64,000 nt of DNA from Eledone cirrhosa (GCA_964016885.1 OZ024740.1:309504001-309568000), one strand, 5' to 3'. Numbered from the stretch's first letter, positions 1-11,453 are shown. Notes: generated by a model not told the origin, from the sequence alone. Made by a program: numbers and translations.

Positions 1-1310
1 CGGAGGTGGCGAACGCTTATATAGCGTCCGTCATCTACTACCGCTTGACCGTCGTGCCTTGCCCAGAGAAAACACTCGCCAAAATGGAGCGCGCGCTCTT
101 CCGATTTCTTTGGAAGAAGCGGGCTCCTTTGGTGAGAAGATCCATCTGCTGTCAACACCCTTCGAACGGAGGGCTGGGCATGCCGTGGCTGACGATGCGT
201 AGACACGCATTAAGGCTACGGCACCTCCAGGTATTCCTCACCGGTGAGCCGGTGTGGGCCCTGTTTGTGAGGCGAGCCTTTCCGAGACTCGTCTCACTCA
301 CCGAGCTGCAATCATGGGTCAAGCAAAGACCGAGAAAAGTGGGCGACTGGCACATTGAATGTGCCCAGGCGCTCACGGCCCTCTGGCAAGCGGATCCGGC
401 AATCAGTGGAGACTCAACCTCAACATTCTATAGAGGGTTGGTGCGCAGTAAGTGCGACGACGCTCTCGGAGAGGCTCTGGGCATGGAGGTAGATGAGCTG
501 GCCAGTCTGTTCGGTAGGACGTTTAGCCCGGGACCGATGGACAACTTCCAAAAGTCCCTGGCTTGGCAATGTTACCGAGGAGCTCTACCCGTTCGGGACA
601 AGCTCTACAGGCACGGGCGCCCGGGTAGGGACTCCTCAAAGAAGATCTGTCCGAGATGCGTGCGTGACGAGGAAACTGTCGCACACGCATTCGTACACTG
701 CCCGGGCGTTGCTGACCTGTGGGGCTATGTGGAACGACTACTGTCGCGGGTGGGACCAATCCGGTTGACCACCGAGAACACTGTCACGATCAAACCGCCT
801 CCCCCTTTCAAAAACGAACGAGAGGCGGTTTCCCTCTGTGTGATAGCTATGGCGAAAGAAGTTGTATGGTGGACAAGGTTGAAAGGGCTGAGGTCAGACA
901 CCTTTCTCTCCGGCCAACAACTGGTCTTTTTTTTCAAGTACCACTTTAGAAGAAGGATCAGAATAGAGAGAGAGGTGCTCTACCCCAGCAAGTTTTATGA
1001 AAGATGGGTGAAAGTAGCGAGAATGGCCCGAGTGAATGGGCCTTCTCTCTATATCAGCCTGTAGGTGAGAGAGGAGAAGAATGAGAAGAGGAAGGAAGCA
1101 ACCGCTCTTTGTGCTCCTGAAGAGGAGGGTTGCACATTTTTTCGGGGGTGTGTGCGACCCATGTCAACGCCCCTCCCTATTGAGGACATCGATTGTTAAA
1201 TTTAATTCGTTATATGTTTTTTTACACGTCTTTTTAAATGTATGTAAACTCCCCCCTTTGTATTTGTTCCAATCTTTGATGCCCTGGTGGCAAATAAATA
1301 GAAATATATA
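1..1310 (+). mobile_element. Tx1/L1-clade non-LTR retrotransposon, 3' part (runs off the window start)
   Basis: ORF 6..1064 is homologous to the ORF2 C-terminus at 40070-41114 (ANAYIASVIYYRL, QCYRGALPVRDKL, CPRC..ETVAHAFVHC zinc finger). It is followed by a 3' UTR with AATAAA near 1293. Confidence 0.92.
6..1064 (+). CDS. Tx1-like ORF2 C-terminal region (RT thumb plus zf-RVT zinc finger), partial
   Basis: Open 352-aa frame with a CxxC-x8-H-x4-C motif. The true start lies upstream of the window. Confidence 0.85.
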   Translation: MANAYIASVIYYRLTVVPCPEKTLAKMERALFRFLWKKRAPLVRRSICCQHPSNGGLGMPWLTMRRHALRLRHLQVFLTGEPVWALFVRRAFPRLVSLTELQSWVKQRPRKVGDWHIECAQALTALWQADPAISGDSTSTFYRGLVRSKCDDALGEALGMEVDELASLFGRTFSPGPMDNFQKSLAWQCYRGALPVRDKLYRHGRPGRDSSKKICPRCVRDEETVAHAFVHCPGVADLWGYVERLLSRVGPIRLTTENTVTIKPPPPFKNEREAVSLCVIAMAKEVVWWTRLKGLRSDTFLSGQQLVFFFKYHFRRRIRIEREVLYPSKFYERWVKVARMARVNGPSLYISL

Positions 1311-1776
1311 TCTAATATACAAAAAACTGTCCCAACCTTCCTCTCTATATCAATTACCACCAAACTCTCTCCCTCTCTATATCTATATCTATCTCTCCCA
1401 TCTATCTCTAAATAACATGTACATAAGTTGTAGCACATATATAAATAGATGTGTCTTTTGGTAGTTTTGGGAGAAAAACATAATTACTGGGGTGGCATAG
1501 ACCCCTGGCCATCCCCCAGTTCCACCACCCCTGTATATATATATATAATAAAAACAAGAAGTGTACGTCAACAGGTTACGGAGGAAACAGACCCACCTGC
1601 GTACTTCGTTGAGTGCTCTAACCTGAATACTGAAGTGTCGGTAAGCAACCAACATATGCTCAACGTTATATATATAATATGTAGATACTCAAGTTGCATC
1701 ACGGCGGGGGTATCCACAGTTAAAACCGGTACTCAATACATTTGTAGAGTTTAGGCATCTTTATTATATATAGAAA

Positions 1777-1851
1777 ATACTTCAACTGGAATAGAACTGC
1801 TTCATTCGTATGAAATCACCAGGAACGAAGCAGTTCTGTTCCAGTTGAAGT
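1777..1851. repeat. Inverted repeat next to a TA tract
   Basis: acttcaactggaatagaactgcttc ... gaagcagttctgttccagttgaagt. Confidence 0.8.
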
Positions 1852-2315
1852 CTTGTAATCATAATCCTGACCAGTTAAATCCAACCTGAGCCTAAATAAC
1901 AACAACCAAAGTTCCCACTGCCTGAAATGTCGAAAATGCTAACAATAGCAACCCAATCTCCAAGAAATCATACACTGCTACCATTAAATCAGAGGCACAC
2001 TACAAAATGTGTTGTCAGCGATTCAGGATGGGGACAACTAGCCGAATCACCATAAATGACATCATATCTAGCGCCGTGCCAAATCTCTCTTTAAGACAAC
2101 GTGCTTGTGCTAGTGTTTACTTACTAGGTTTCTCTCTCTCTCCCTTTCTCGTCATCACCCCCCCCCCCCCCACACACAAGACCTCAGTCGTTAGGCAGTA
2201 ACTCATTTCAATAACTAAACCCTGGTTTCTTAATTATCGCGTAAGTTAAACTTGTCTAAACAGGTAACTCCCAATCCATCTATCTATCTATCTGTCTGTC
2301 TATTTATTTATCCCA

Positions 2316-2351
<36 letters not shown>

Positions 2352-2649
2352 GAATAATCGAGTATCGGAAAATCAGCTCACGAATTAACGATAAACAATA
2401 TCCGATATGAGTGGCAGAGGGCTCAATAATTTGGATAAATCAGAGCTATAACTATCGTTAAATTACCAACACATAGAGATTATGCCTAAAATCACCCGTG
2501 CAGCCGAAAAAGAACGACCAGGAAGATTCGAGTCACTCAAATAAAATATCAATAAATCAATAATTTAAATGAATGTAAAAATTTGAACAGGGACAAAACA
2601 GAGAGGCAGTACAACGAATGTTTATTAATTTCACGCTCTGGAGAGTGGG

Positions 2650-2794
2650 GTGTAACGTGATGTTACTGTAAGTTCACCCAGGTGAGCACTCGATGGTGGT
2701 GTTCCAGGTAATTGCTCGACTAAGGAAGGAGCTAGATACCCAGGGAGTGTAATGTGATGTTACTGTAAGTTCACCCAGGTGAGCACTTGATGGT
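2650..2794. repeat. Direct repeat pair; a third related copy is at about 3670-3720
   Basis: gtgtaaYgtgatgttactgtaagttcacccaggtgagcactYgatggt occurs twice. A similar sequence precedes the 3788 hammerhead-like fold. Confidence 0.8.
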
Positions 2795-3099
2795 ATATTA
2801 TATATATATATCCGAGTTCCGGGTTCAATCGGAGGTAGCCAGAGTTAGCAGGTACTATGAAACTGAACTAACCCTGTAGAAGTCATTTCTACAGGGTGGC
2901 AATTGAAAAACTTGTTCGTTTTCAATCTTTTTTATATTCTCTTTTTTTGCAGGTTATAGAACTCCCCATGTTTTTCACACATAATACTGAAAAAAATCCA
3001 TTACTTATATTTCCAAATAAAATAATAAAAAAATCAAAAAATCATATGTTTGTAAAAATTATCTTTGTTTTATATCATTCAGTCTTTCAGTGGCCAACC

Positions 3100-3156
<57 letters not shown>

Positions 3157-3291
3157 ATAGGGCCAACTTATATATATATACATATATATAAGTAGAAGGG
3201 ATATTTAATTTGTTGGAAATTCAACAAAGGAAAATTCAACTGATAAGGTATGTTTTCCTTGGCTCTGTCAAAATTTATAAAACATTCTTTG

Positions 3292-3348
3292 TATTTTATC
3301 TGATGAAAGCGTACCAAAGTTTTTGGTACCTTGAAATATAATAGAATA
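3292..3348 (+). ncRNA. Minimal type I hammerhead ribozyme
   Basis: tattttat-CTGATGA-aag(c)gtaccaaa..tttggtacctt-GAAA-TA-TA-atagaata. Stem I is 8 bp with one G-U, stem II is long, stem III is palindromic. Confidence 0.8.
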
Positions 3349-3553
3349 AATATGGTTTTATAAATATAGTTTCCATTTATTTAATATATATATATATATA
3401 TATATAAAAGAGAAAACACAGGTAAGCATTAAGAGAAGGATTTTATCCAGGTATTTACGACCGTTTCATTGGTAAGTGTAACCTTATATTGCTATACTGC
3501 AAATAGCAGCCACTCAATTATAATTGTTGTTCACAGTCCAAATTTTCAAAATA

Positions 3554-3627
<74 letters not shown>

Positions 3628-3787
3628 AATGGAAACTATATTTATAAAACCATATATATATATATATATAGGGAGTGTAACTTGGAGTTACTGCAGGTTC
3701 ACCCGGGTGAGCACTCGATGTTTAGGTTCACTTCTGTGTTGAGGTGTAGAGCTATACAGAGTCTATTTTTTCTTATACCATTTTAAA

Positions 3788-3874
3788 GGGTCCGTCGAGC
3801 TGCCGATTATTGAGTCGGGTAAGATCGATACAGATCGAACCTTGAGCTGATCAGTGGCGAAACGCGCGTCACCT
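3788..3874 (+). ncRNA. Hammerhead-like fold with variant core (CCGTCGA) and extended stem II
   Basis: gggt-CCGTCGA-gctgccgatta...tgatcagtggc-GAAA-CGCGCG-TC-acct. Confidence 0.55.
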
Positions 3875-3921
3875 ACCAATTAATGTAATGAAGGAGTAAC
3901 CAATCGTCCTTGTTATCCTTT

Positions 3922-3968
<47 letters not shown>

Positions 3969-3969
3969 T

Positions 3970-4028
<59 letters not shown>

Positions 4029-4029
4029 G

Positions 4030-4221
4030 AAAAAGTATGACCCCGACGGCAGAGCTCAAGCCGTTTCGACGGCTATTTTTGGTCTAGAAATAGCTGTCGA
4101 AACGGCTTGAGCTCTGCCGTCGGGGTCATACATTTTCCTATTACCCACTCTACTACCCTAAGTATTGAGTACTCTGGTGCGTTATGGTCCATCTGGTTCC
4201 TTACCAGAATTCCTTCGTTAT
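4030..4221. mobile_element. Fold-back repeat family A (probably Penelope pLTR-derived) in (TA)n
   Basis: Palindrome atgaccccgacggcagagctcaagccgtttcgacggctattt...aaatagctgtcgaaacggcttgagctctgccgtcggggtcat. Other copies are at 8051, 12032, 18476 and 57359. Confidence 0.75.
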
Positions 4222-4468
4222 ATATATATATAATATATATATATGTATATATATGTATATGTATGTCTGTGTGTTTGTGTGTGTGTGTGTGTGTGTGTAT
4301 GTGTGTGTGTGTGTGTTTCTGTGTCTATGTCTGTGTGTGTCTATTTCTGTGTCTATGTCTGTGTGTGTCTATACGCAACCATAAGTTCCTGTGTGTGTGT
4401 GTTTGATATATTTCCGTTTCTATGTTAGCGTCTATCTCAGATTGTCTTTCAACTGATGGTTGCGTATA

Positions 4469-4532
<64 letters not shown>

Positions 4533-4956
4533 GAATGTGTAGCAGTCAGCATAACCCACTGATGTTAACCGAAAACTTAAAAACCTCTGTGTGTATAATC
4601 CCAATACCAACCATATTTTAGATATACTACGAGCATACGTACTCTCTCTTTCACAAACACACTCACAGATATTTTAGAGAAATCGTGTTGAAAACATAAT
4701 TTTCTTTGAACAAAATGAAACACAGTCATGTTGACGCCACGTTGCATAACATGGTTTAATTAGTCTTTTCATAAAATACCACAACTGAATTATAAATCCA
4801 TTGATTTATACTATTTCACTGAGTTGTGAAGTAGGGCCTAAGGATTGTGTAAGTGGTGTTCGTGCTAGCGATACGATTAGTAAGAAGGCAACTTTGAGAA
4901 GAAGAACCGTCAAGATAATTATAATAGCATGCACAAATTGGAAGGAAATTAGAAGG

Positions 4957-5047
<91 letters not shown>

Positions 5048-5268
5048 TAGATAGGGCGAGAGAGCTAGAGAGCGACAGAGTAAGGGAGAGAGAGAGAGAG
5101 AGTGCGAGAGCGAGTGAGCGAGGGAGAGAGAGAGAGAGAGAGAGAGAGGAAGGTATAAAGTCTAAACCACTTGGCATTGCGGCCGGGTTTATACCTTTCT
5201 CTATCCCCACTCTGTTTCATTGAATTGTAGCATCCCCATTTTCAGCACCGCAGACTCTCTGCCCCCCC

Positions 5269-5321
<53 letters not shown>

Positions 5322-5350
5322 TATAAATATATATTTATATATATATGTAT

Positions 5351-5393
<43 letters not shown>

Positions 5394-5394
5394 A

Positions 5395-5525
5395 TGTGAA
5401 TTTTTATACCAAAATATAAGTTTTGAAAAACGAAGCTCTACAAATTATCGTTTCTAGCCTATATAGAATTTGCGTTATTTAGGGTGTAATATGACTGAAT
5501 TAGTTTTATTTTAGTATTCTATTGT
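5395..5525. repeat. Diverged direct repeat; second copy at about 6405-6535
   Basis: Both copies share gaagctctacaaattat..tagcctata..ggtgta..tagttttattttagt. Confidence 0.65.
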
Positions 5526-5727
5526 TACTCCCTTTCATTAATTAAATTAATCCAGGTAGAGTTGTATTTATATAGATGTTTATTATGGGTCTATTTCAAG
5601 CTCCCCTTTTAACCTCTGGCTTTTGATGTCAGCCCTACTGTTTTAAAGATAAAAGCATATAGGATTTTAATTATAATATTAGTGTGAGTGATGATTTTTG
5701 ATGTTTAGACATCAATGTATTTCACTT

Positions 5728-5876
5728 ACTGTATTTCCCGGCGTCGAAGAGACGCTACTTTTTTCCTAAAATAAGTCTAAAAAATCTATCATGCGTTTAA
5801 TATCTTTTTTCAAATTTTTGGTTGTCAAAATTAGGGTGCATCGTCGAGGATGAAGCGTCTTCGGCGCCGGGAAATT
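5728..5876. mobile_element. Short MITE remnant, Tc1/mariner (Tc2-like) style
   Basis: Inverted ends tttcccggcgtcgaaga(ga)cgct / agcgtcttcggcgccgggaaa. The left end starts TA-CTGTATTT; the right end is degraded. Confidence 0.55.
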
Positions 5877-5954
5877 TTCTTGTAAAAGCGAAAATGCTTA
5901 CTGATGAGTTTTCGACGTCTTAATTATTTAATTAGTTATCTTAATTAATATCTA

Positions 5955-6240
5955 TAGCTTTGCCAGAACGAATCCACGTGGAGACTTCTGGTGTTTTGGC
6001 CCTAGGGCCACCTCCCTGCTCAGCACCAACGGCATAGAGTTGGCTACCCACAGGTGTGAACATCGCCAGCTGGCGTCTCCCTCACCATCCTCCAAGGAAA
6101 CGGCTTCTCTATTCTGTCCACCGGGGCCACGGAGCGGCCAGCGCGTGGACCCCATTTGCTCATAATAGTGAGAGATGGGGAGACTGGATGAGACGGAGGC
6201 AGTGACAGTGGGAGTTTGGTTCTTTGTGTTCGGAGCTTGT
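5955..6240. repeat. Unclassified GC-richer interspersed repeat; partial copy at about 30545-30675
   Basis: Both share ggggcc..ggcca.c.cgtgg(g)acccatttgct.ataata..gagagatg.gg. Confidence 0.65.
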
Positions 6241-6596
6241 GTATGTGTATAGGTTTCACGGACACACACTCATGTATGTGAAGTCAAGTAGGTGTGTTGC
6301 TATGACAACACACACACACACACATATATAGCATAAGTTTGTTGGTAAATTATATTTTTATTTTAAAACGTATATTTTGCTTGCAATGCTTGCTTTTAAT
6401 ATACTGTAAATTTTTACACCTAAACATAATTTAGGAAAAGTGAAGCTCTACAAATTATTTATCTTTTAGCCTATAGAGTGTTTTGAGCTACTTAAGGTGT
6501 ATTAAGATTGGAATAGTTTTATTTTAGTCTATTCTTTATATATATATATATCCATAAGAAACGGAGAATTAGTGGTGCGACGAATTAGAATTTATT

Positions 6597-6692
6597 AGAC
6601 ATATTACAATCGTTTCTCTGGCGATCAGCTCGAGGCACGATCGATGCGATTATCGAACCTGACTCTGAAATCGCAAGTCTTCAGATACGTCT
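6597..6692 (-). ncRNA. Type I hammerhead ribozyme with extended stem II
   Basis: Minus strand: agacgtat-CTGAAGA-cttgcgat...atcgccaga-GAAA-CGATTG-TA-atatgtct. Stem I is 8 bp and the cleavage triplet is GUA. Confidence 0.78.
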
Positions 6693-6714
6693 CAATCCCT
6701 CGAAGCAGAGTTTC

Positions 6715-7100
6715 CATTTGTTCAAAATTGGCTTTGAGGAACAATCAACATGTTTCTGGGTCATTACCCTTCATAGGACTGTATACCTCTGTCAGTCTGT
6801 TGAACGGTGGAAAATATATGTATGTGTATGTATACATGTGTGTACATGTGCATACTTACATTTATGTATCAGCAGTGCTAGGGCGAGAAATAAAATTCTA
6901 ATTTTATTTTTAATATTCGGCAAGGCCAGCCGTAACTTGCTCGGTATGCAAATGAGGCTACTCAGCTGATGTGTACTTCAGAAAATACTATATATTTTTA
7001 ACCGTTCAACAGACTGGCAGAGTATACAGTCCTGATGAAGGGTAATGACCCAGAAACATGTTAATTGTTCTTCAAAGCCAGTGTTGAACAAACAGGTGAC
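6715..7100. mobile_element. Non-autonomous hammerhead-bearing element with an inverted partial copy
   Basis: About 6716-6820 is the reverse complement of about 6990-7092. The body is homologous to 21780-22092. Confidence 0.75.
7026..7068 (+). ncRNA. Minimal type I hammerhead ribozyme
   Basis: acagtc-CTGATGA-a gggt aatg accc a-GAAA-CATG-TT-aattgt. The inverted copy has gattgt, which fully pairs stem I. Confidence 0.82.
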
Positions 7101-7166
7101 GATCGGTCACCGGCTCGGCACAGCTTCAAATCGAACCGTTTGTTTACAAACAAATCGAGCATTATT

Positions 7167-7354
7167 TGGATTGGCAGTATCGGTAGAGGGTCGGACGCCA
7201 TGCTTTGACGTATAGAGTTACGGCCCTTGCCATTATGAGATCAAATCCCGCCGAGGTTAATTTTGCCTTTCATCCTTACGGGGTCGATAAAATAAAGTAC
7301 CAGTAATGCACTGGGTAATTGCTGGCCTTGTGCCAAACGTAGAAACAATTATTA
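7167..7354 (+). mobile_element. tRNA-derived SINE (Deu/Nin-like core, ATT tail)
   Basis: A-box tggcagtatcgg, a B-box-like segment, core gcctttcatccttacggggtcgataaaataaagtaccag; nine copies in the window. Confidence 0.9.
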
Positions 7355-7428
7355 ATGTGCGATATAACCCATACGTATATATACATATATATATATATAT
7401 GAATAATTAACCAACCATATTAATCTTT

Positions 7429-7472
<44 letters not shown>

Positions 7473-7478
<6 letters not shown>

Positions 7479-8040
7479 TAACATTAGTCCTTCATCAGTG
7501 ATCTTTCAGCCTTCATTGGTATGTCATCGCTTTAAAGATCATATACCTCTGGTTGGTGCGAGCAACGGCTAAAGAAAGTCGTTGGGACACGTAAAATAGG
7601 GGGAACCGGCGAGACATGTAAACAAACAAAGATGGTAACGAAAAGTGAGGAAGAAGGAGTCAAGTCCCTGAAATCGATGAACATAAGTTCTGTGAAATCG
7701 TAGACGAGAGATAAAGACCATCCAACCTTGTTGAAATGTGAGCGAGAAAAGGATTTCACACAGGTCAAACGGGAGGAAGTGATGGAGAGGGAGTAGCAGA
7801 GAGTGAGTGAGTGAGTGAAAGTGTGAGGAAGAGGCTAACTGAGAGAGTGACTGGCAGAGGGGGTAAAAAGAAAGTGAGAGATACAGAGAAAGGGGAAGCA
7901 GTAAGAAAGAAACAGACGGGTCACAGCAGAAGAAAATATATAAATATATGAAAAAATGGCGTGCTGCGTGGTTGCAAATGGGTTACATATGAATAAAATT
8001 AGTCCTTCATCAGTGATCTTCCAGCCTTCATTGGTATTTC
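7473..8040. repeat. About 510-bp unit bounded by direct repeats, set in TA tracts
   Basis: atgaataa.attagtccttcatcagtgatctt.cagccttcattggtat at about 7473 and about 7989. Confidence 0.75.
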
Positions 8041-8050
8041 ATATATATAT

Positions 8051-8198
8051 AACGAAGGAAGTGTGGTAAGGAACCAGGTGGACCATAACGCACGAGAGAC
8101 CTCAATACTTAGGGTAGTAGAGTGGGTAATAGGAAAATGTTATCCAGAAATAGCCGTCGAAATGGTTTGAGCTCTGCCGTCGGGATCTTGAACTTTTT

Positions 8199-8200
<2 letters not shown>
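8051..8200. mobile_element. Repeat family A, rearranged copy
   Basis: Reverse-complement tail joined to ccagaaatagccgtcgaaatggtttgagctctgccgtcggg. Confidence 0.75.
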
Positions 8201-8285
<85 letters not shown>

Positions 8286-8662
8286 AATGGGGCTTGAAGT
8301 ACTCAACCTGGGCTTCCATAGAGAAAGCAAAGACATAGTTGCAAATGATTAATAAATAAATCGAACTATAATAAACAATAAAAACTCAACTTTTCAAAAG
8401 TTCAATTTGACTGCGGGAATTTGGAATAATACTGAAACCAAGCTATCGAATAGGACCGATATATCCTCCGTCATTTTCCCATTCACTCAATAATTTAATT
8501 AGGTTAGTATCATTAATGCACCAACTCAAGAAAATTAGAGTTGACACTTATACGTTAAATAGTGAGAAAAACGATGTCACCAGTCCAACTGGAACTACCG
8601 TGCACAGAAATTAAGTAATGCTATTAAGCATTACGTAATTGGCTAATAGTTGCGTCATCAAT

Positions 8663-8743
<81 letters not shown>

Positions 8744-8775
8744 CATACATACACATATATACATATATATATATA

Positions 8776-8910
8776 TGCACTTGCACATGATATAGAAAAA
8801 CATTTCGCACGTACATACGTACATACACACACATATATATATATATATACGTGTGTGTGTATGTACGTATGTACGTGCGAAATGTTTTTTCTATATCATG
8901 TGCAAGTGCA
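8776..8910. repeat. Fold-back palindrome with a microsatellite centre
   Basis: tgcacttgcacatgatatagaaaaacatttcgcacgtac ... gtacgtgcgaaatgttttttctatatcatgtgcaagtgca. Confidence 0.85.
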
Positions 8911-9333
8911 GACAAAACAGCGCAATTGAGCATAAGAAAGAGAAATTGTAAGATGTAAAATTGTTAACTAGTTTAAGAGGTTAAGAAAGAAGCCAGGAGC
9001 TACTGATGACTGATGGTGTATTTAACGGTTTCTTTCGGAAACGTTCTATCTCCAGTAAAATATTTCTTTGTAATATCTTAAATTTCTGCTTCAATCTGCT
9101 TGTTTAAATTTCTGCTTATATCACCAAATTCAGAATTTCCTAAAAATAGCTAATTTGAGAGCCCCACAATGTGCCAAAACGCAATACATTTTATTGGTAC
9201 ACTCTGAATAATGAAGCCAATTTCTAAGAATATCTTCACTGTTGTTCATTTTCTAATGTATTATTATGAAAGTGAAATTACGTTCATTTGCCTCAATTAG
9301 AATATTGTATTTTTATTATTAGTGTGTTACCCA

Positions 9334-9548
9334 GGCGGTGGATTGGCAGTATCGGTAGAGGGTCGGACGCCATGTTTTGTAGCATAGAGTTACGACCCTT
9401 TATGATCTGAGTTGAAATCCCGCCGAGGTTAACTTTGCCTTTCATCCTCACGGGGTCGATAAAATAAAGTACCAGTCACGCACTGGGGTCGATTTAATCG
9501 ACTTTCCTCTCCCACAAAATTGATGGCCTTGTGCCTATTTAAGAAACC
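9334..9548 (+). mobile_element. tRNA-derived SINE, longer variant, with target-site duplication
   Basis: TSD attattagtgtgttaccca at 9315-9333 and 9549-9567. Confidence 0.93.
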
Positions 9549-11150
9549 ATTATTAGTGTGTTACCCATTCATTGTCATATGATCCGTGTCCACCAAAGAT
9601 TATTCCCTCGGTTACCGAGCTGAATCATAATGGTAGATATTTCTTATGGAGCATATGTAATTTTCTTTAAACATTTTAAATAAAACTCTACCAAAATATG
9701 TTTACCCAAATCTTCAACGACATAGCAAGTGGCACCATGATGCCTTGATTCATGCTTGCTAATCAATCTTTCCTTCGGAAGGTAATGAATTAATGCAGGG
9801 TTCACATAACCCATATTAGACAAGATATTTGGAGGGATAGATGTAGTTGAAAATGTTGAGCTTGCATTACGCCTATAGGTTCCATACATGATCAATATTT
9901 CAAAATAATTTCACAAAATAGAAGCATTTACTATTACTGTATTCGTTAATGATATTTCAATAGCTTTTCAAACTACATTTTACTGCCAAGATTAGATCTT
10001 TAATTTTATTTACTATACTCTTAAGCAACAGATTGCTGCGTCTCATGATGGAAAAAGAACATAAAGAACTTATAGATGAAAATGATAAAATAATTCATTT
10101 ACATTTCAACAAACTATACAACCTTAACGTATGCAACGCTTGACCAAGTGTACTGAGAACTGGTCAGAAGGTTTATACGACCGGAAGGAAGAGAAATCCA
10201 AAAGTTAAAATACAAATGCCTCCATACCTAAAGTTATTATATCGTACATGTTATTGAGGTAGTTTCACAACATACAACTCTCTTAAATCTACCGAACATT
10301 ATATATCTGTTCATGTTTTTCAACTTACAATTCACGATCAAAGGTACCGCTGTTTTTCAAGTTTCTCTGACCTCACTAGTAAATGTATTTTTGGATAATC
10401 TTTGAAGTTTCCGCCCTAAGCCACGAGCAACTAATTCGTTTACAAGAAATAAAAACTGAGGATCCTAGAAGATAGCACCTAAATGACACTTTCTCTTAAA
10501 TAACATTCTTGTTTGAATCTGCATGGATTTCGTTATGCATGAACTGGCTAATCAACATCCCACCACCTCAATGCTCATCTATGCAGGTTTTTAAAATAAT
10601 CTTGTCTCAACTCAAGTAATTTATAGTTTGCTTTTATTTCAATTTATTTATTTTCACTTTTAACAACTTTAAATAAAAACAAAAGCTCTAAGCACATGGC
10701 ATGTAATGTACTTACTCCATCTATCTATATCATACTAAAAGTCTGTGATTGCTTGCTTGCTTGTCTGTAATGTAATACAGCCAAAAGGCCGCATAATGGG
10801 AAACTACTTTGAAAGGAAGTTGATTCTGAAATGGAATACAAATGGAATAAATCAAGTTTCGCGTAAATCGGACCACGGGTTCTCGAGATATGGGTTTTTT
10901 TCCGGCTACCTTCATAAACAGAGAGAGAGAAAGATAGAGAGAAAGAGATAGTGGTTGTGAGAGTAGATTGAAAGAGAGACATAGAGAGGGAGAGGAGACA
11001 GAGAAGGGGAATGAAAGAGAGAGAGGGAGAGAGAGCTGGTGGTGGTGTTGTGTATATATATATGTGGTGTGTGTGTCTATGACCAGTGTATATAGATCAC
11101 AGACACCCACATACACACACACACACATACACATATATATATATATATAT

Positions 11151-11242
11151 TTATTAAAATAACAGATTAAAGTTTAAGCAAAGAATCGCTGCTTTCACCC
11201 TTATCGAGCCCTCTTTGGATTTTAGTCTTCAAATTTATTATT
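11151..11242. mobile_element. Repeat family B fragment nested in Helitron 1
   Basis: aaataacagattaaagtttaagcaaagaatcgctgctttcaccctt, also found at 20450, 31035 and 51350. Confidence 0.8.
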
Positions 11243-11415
11243 GTGGATTGGCAGTATCAGTAGAGGGTCGGACGCCATGTTTTCCAGCATAGTTACGTCC
11301 CTTTACGATCTGAGTTCAAATCCCGACTTTGCCTTTCCTCCTTACGGGGTCGATAAAATAAAGTACCAGTAATGCACTGGGTAATTGCTGGCCTTGTGCC
11401 TAAAGTAGAAACAAT

Positions 11416-11420
<5 letters not shown>
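11243..11420 (+). mobile_element. tRNA-derived SINE nested in Helitron 1
   Basis: Same family as 7167, with B-box gagttcaaatccc. Confidence 0.9.

Positions 11421-11453
<33 letters not shown>

Noticed and set aside
3805-3852. SECIS-like TGAN..AA..TGAN hairpin
   Set aside because: The helix between the core and the AA is too short, and the hammerhead stem II explains it better.
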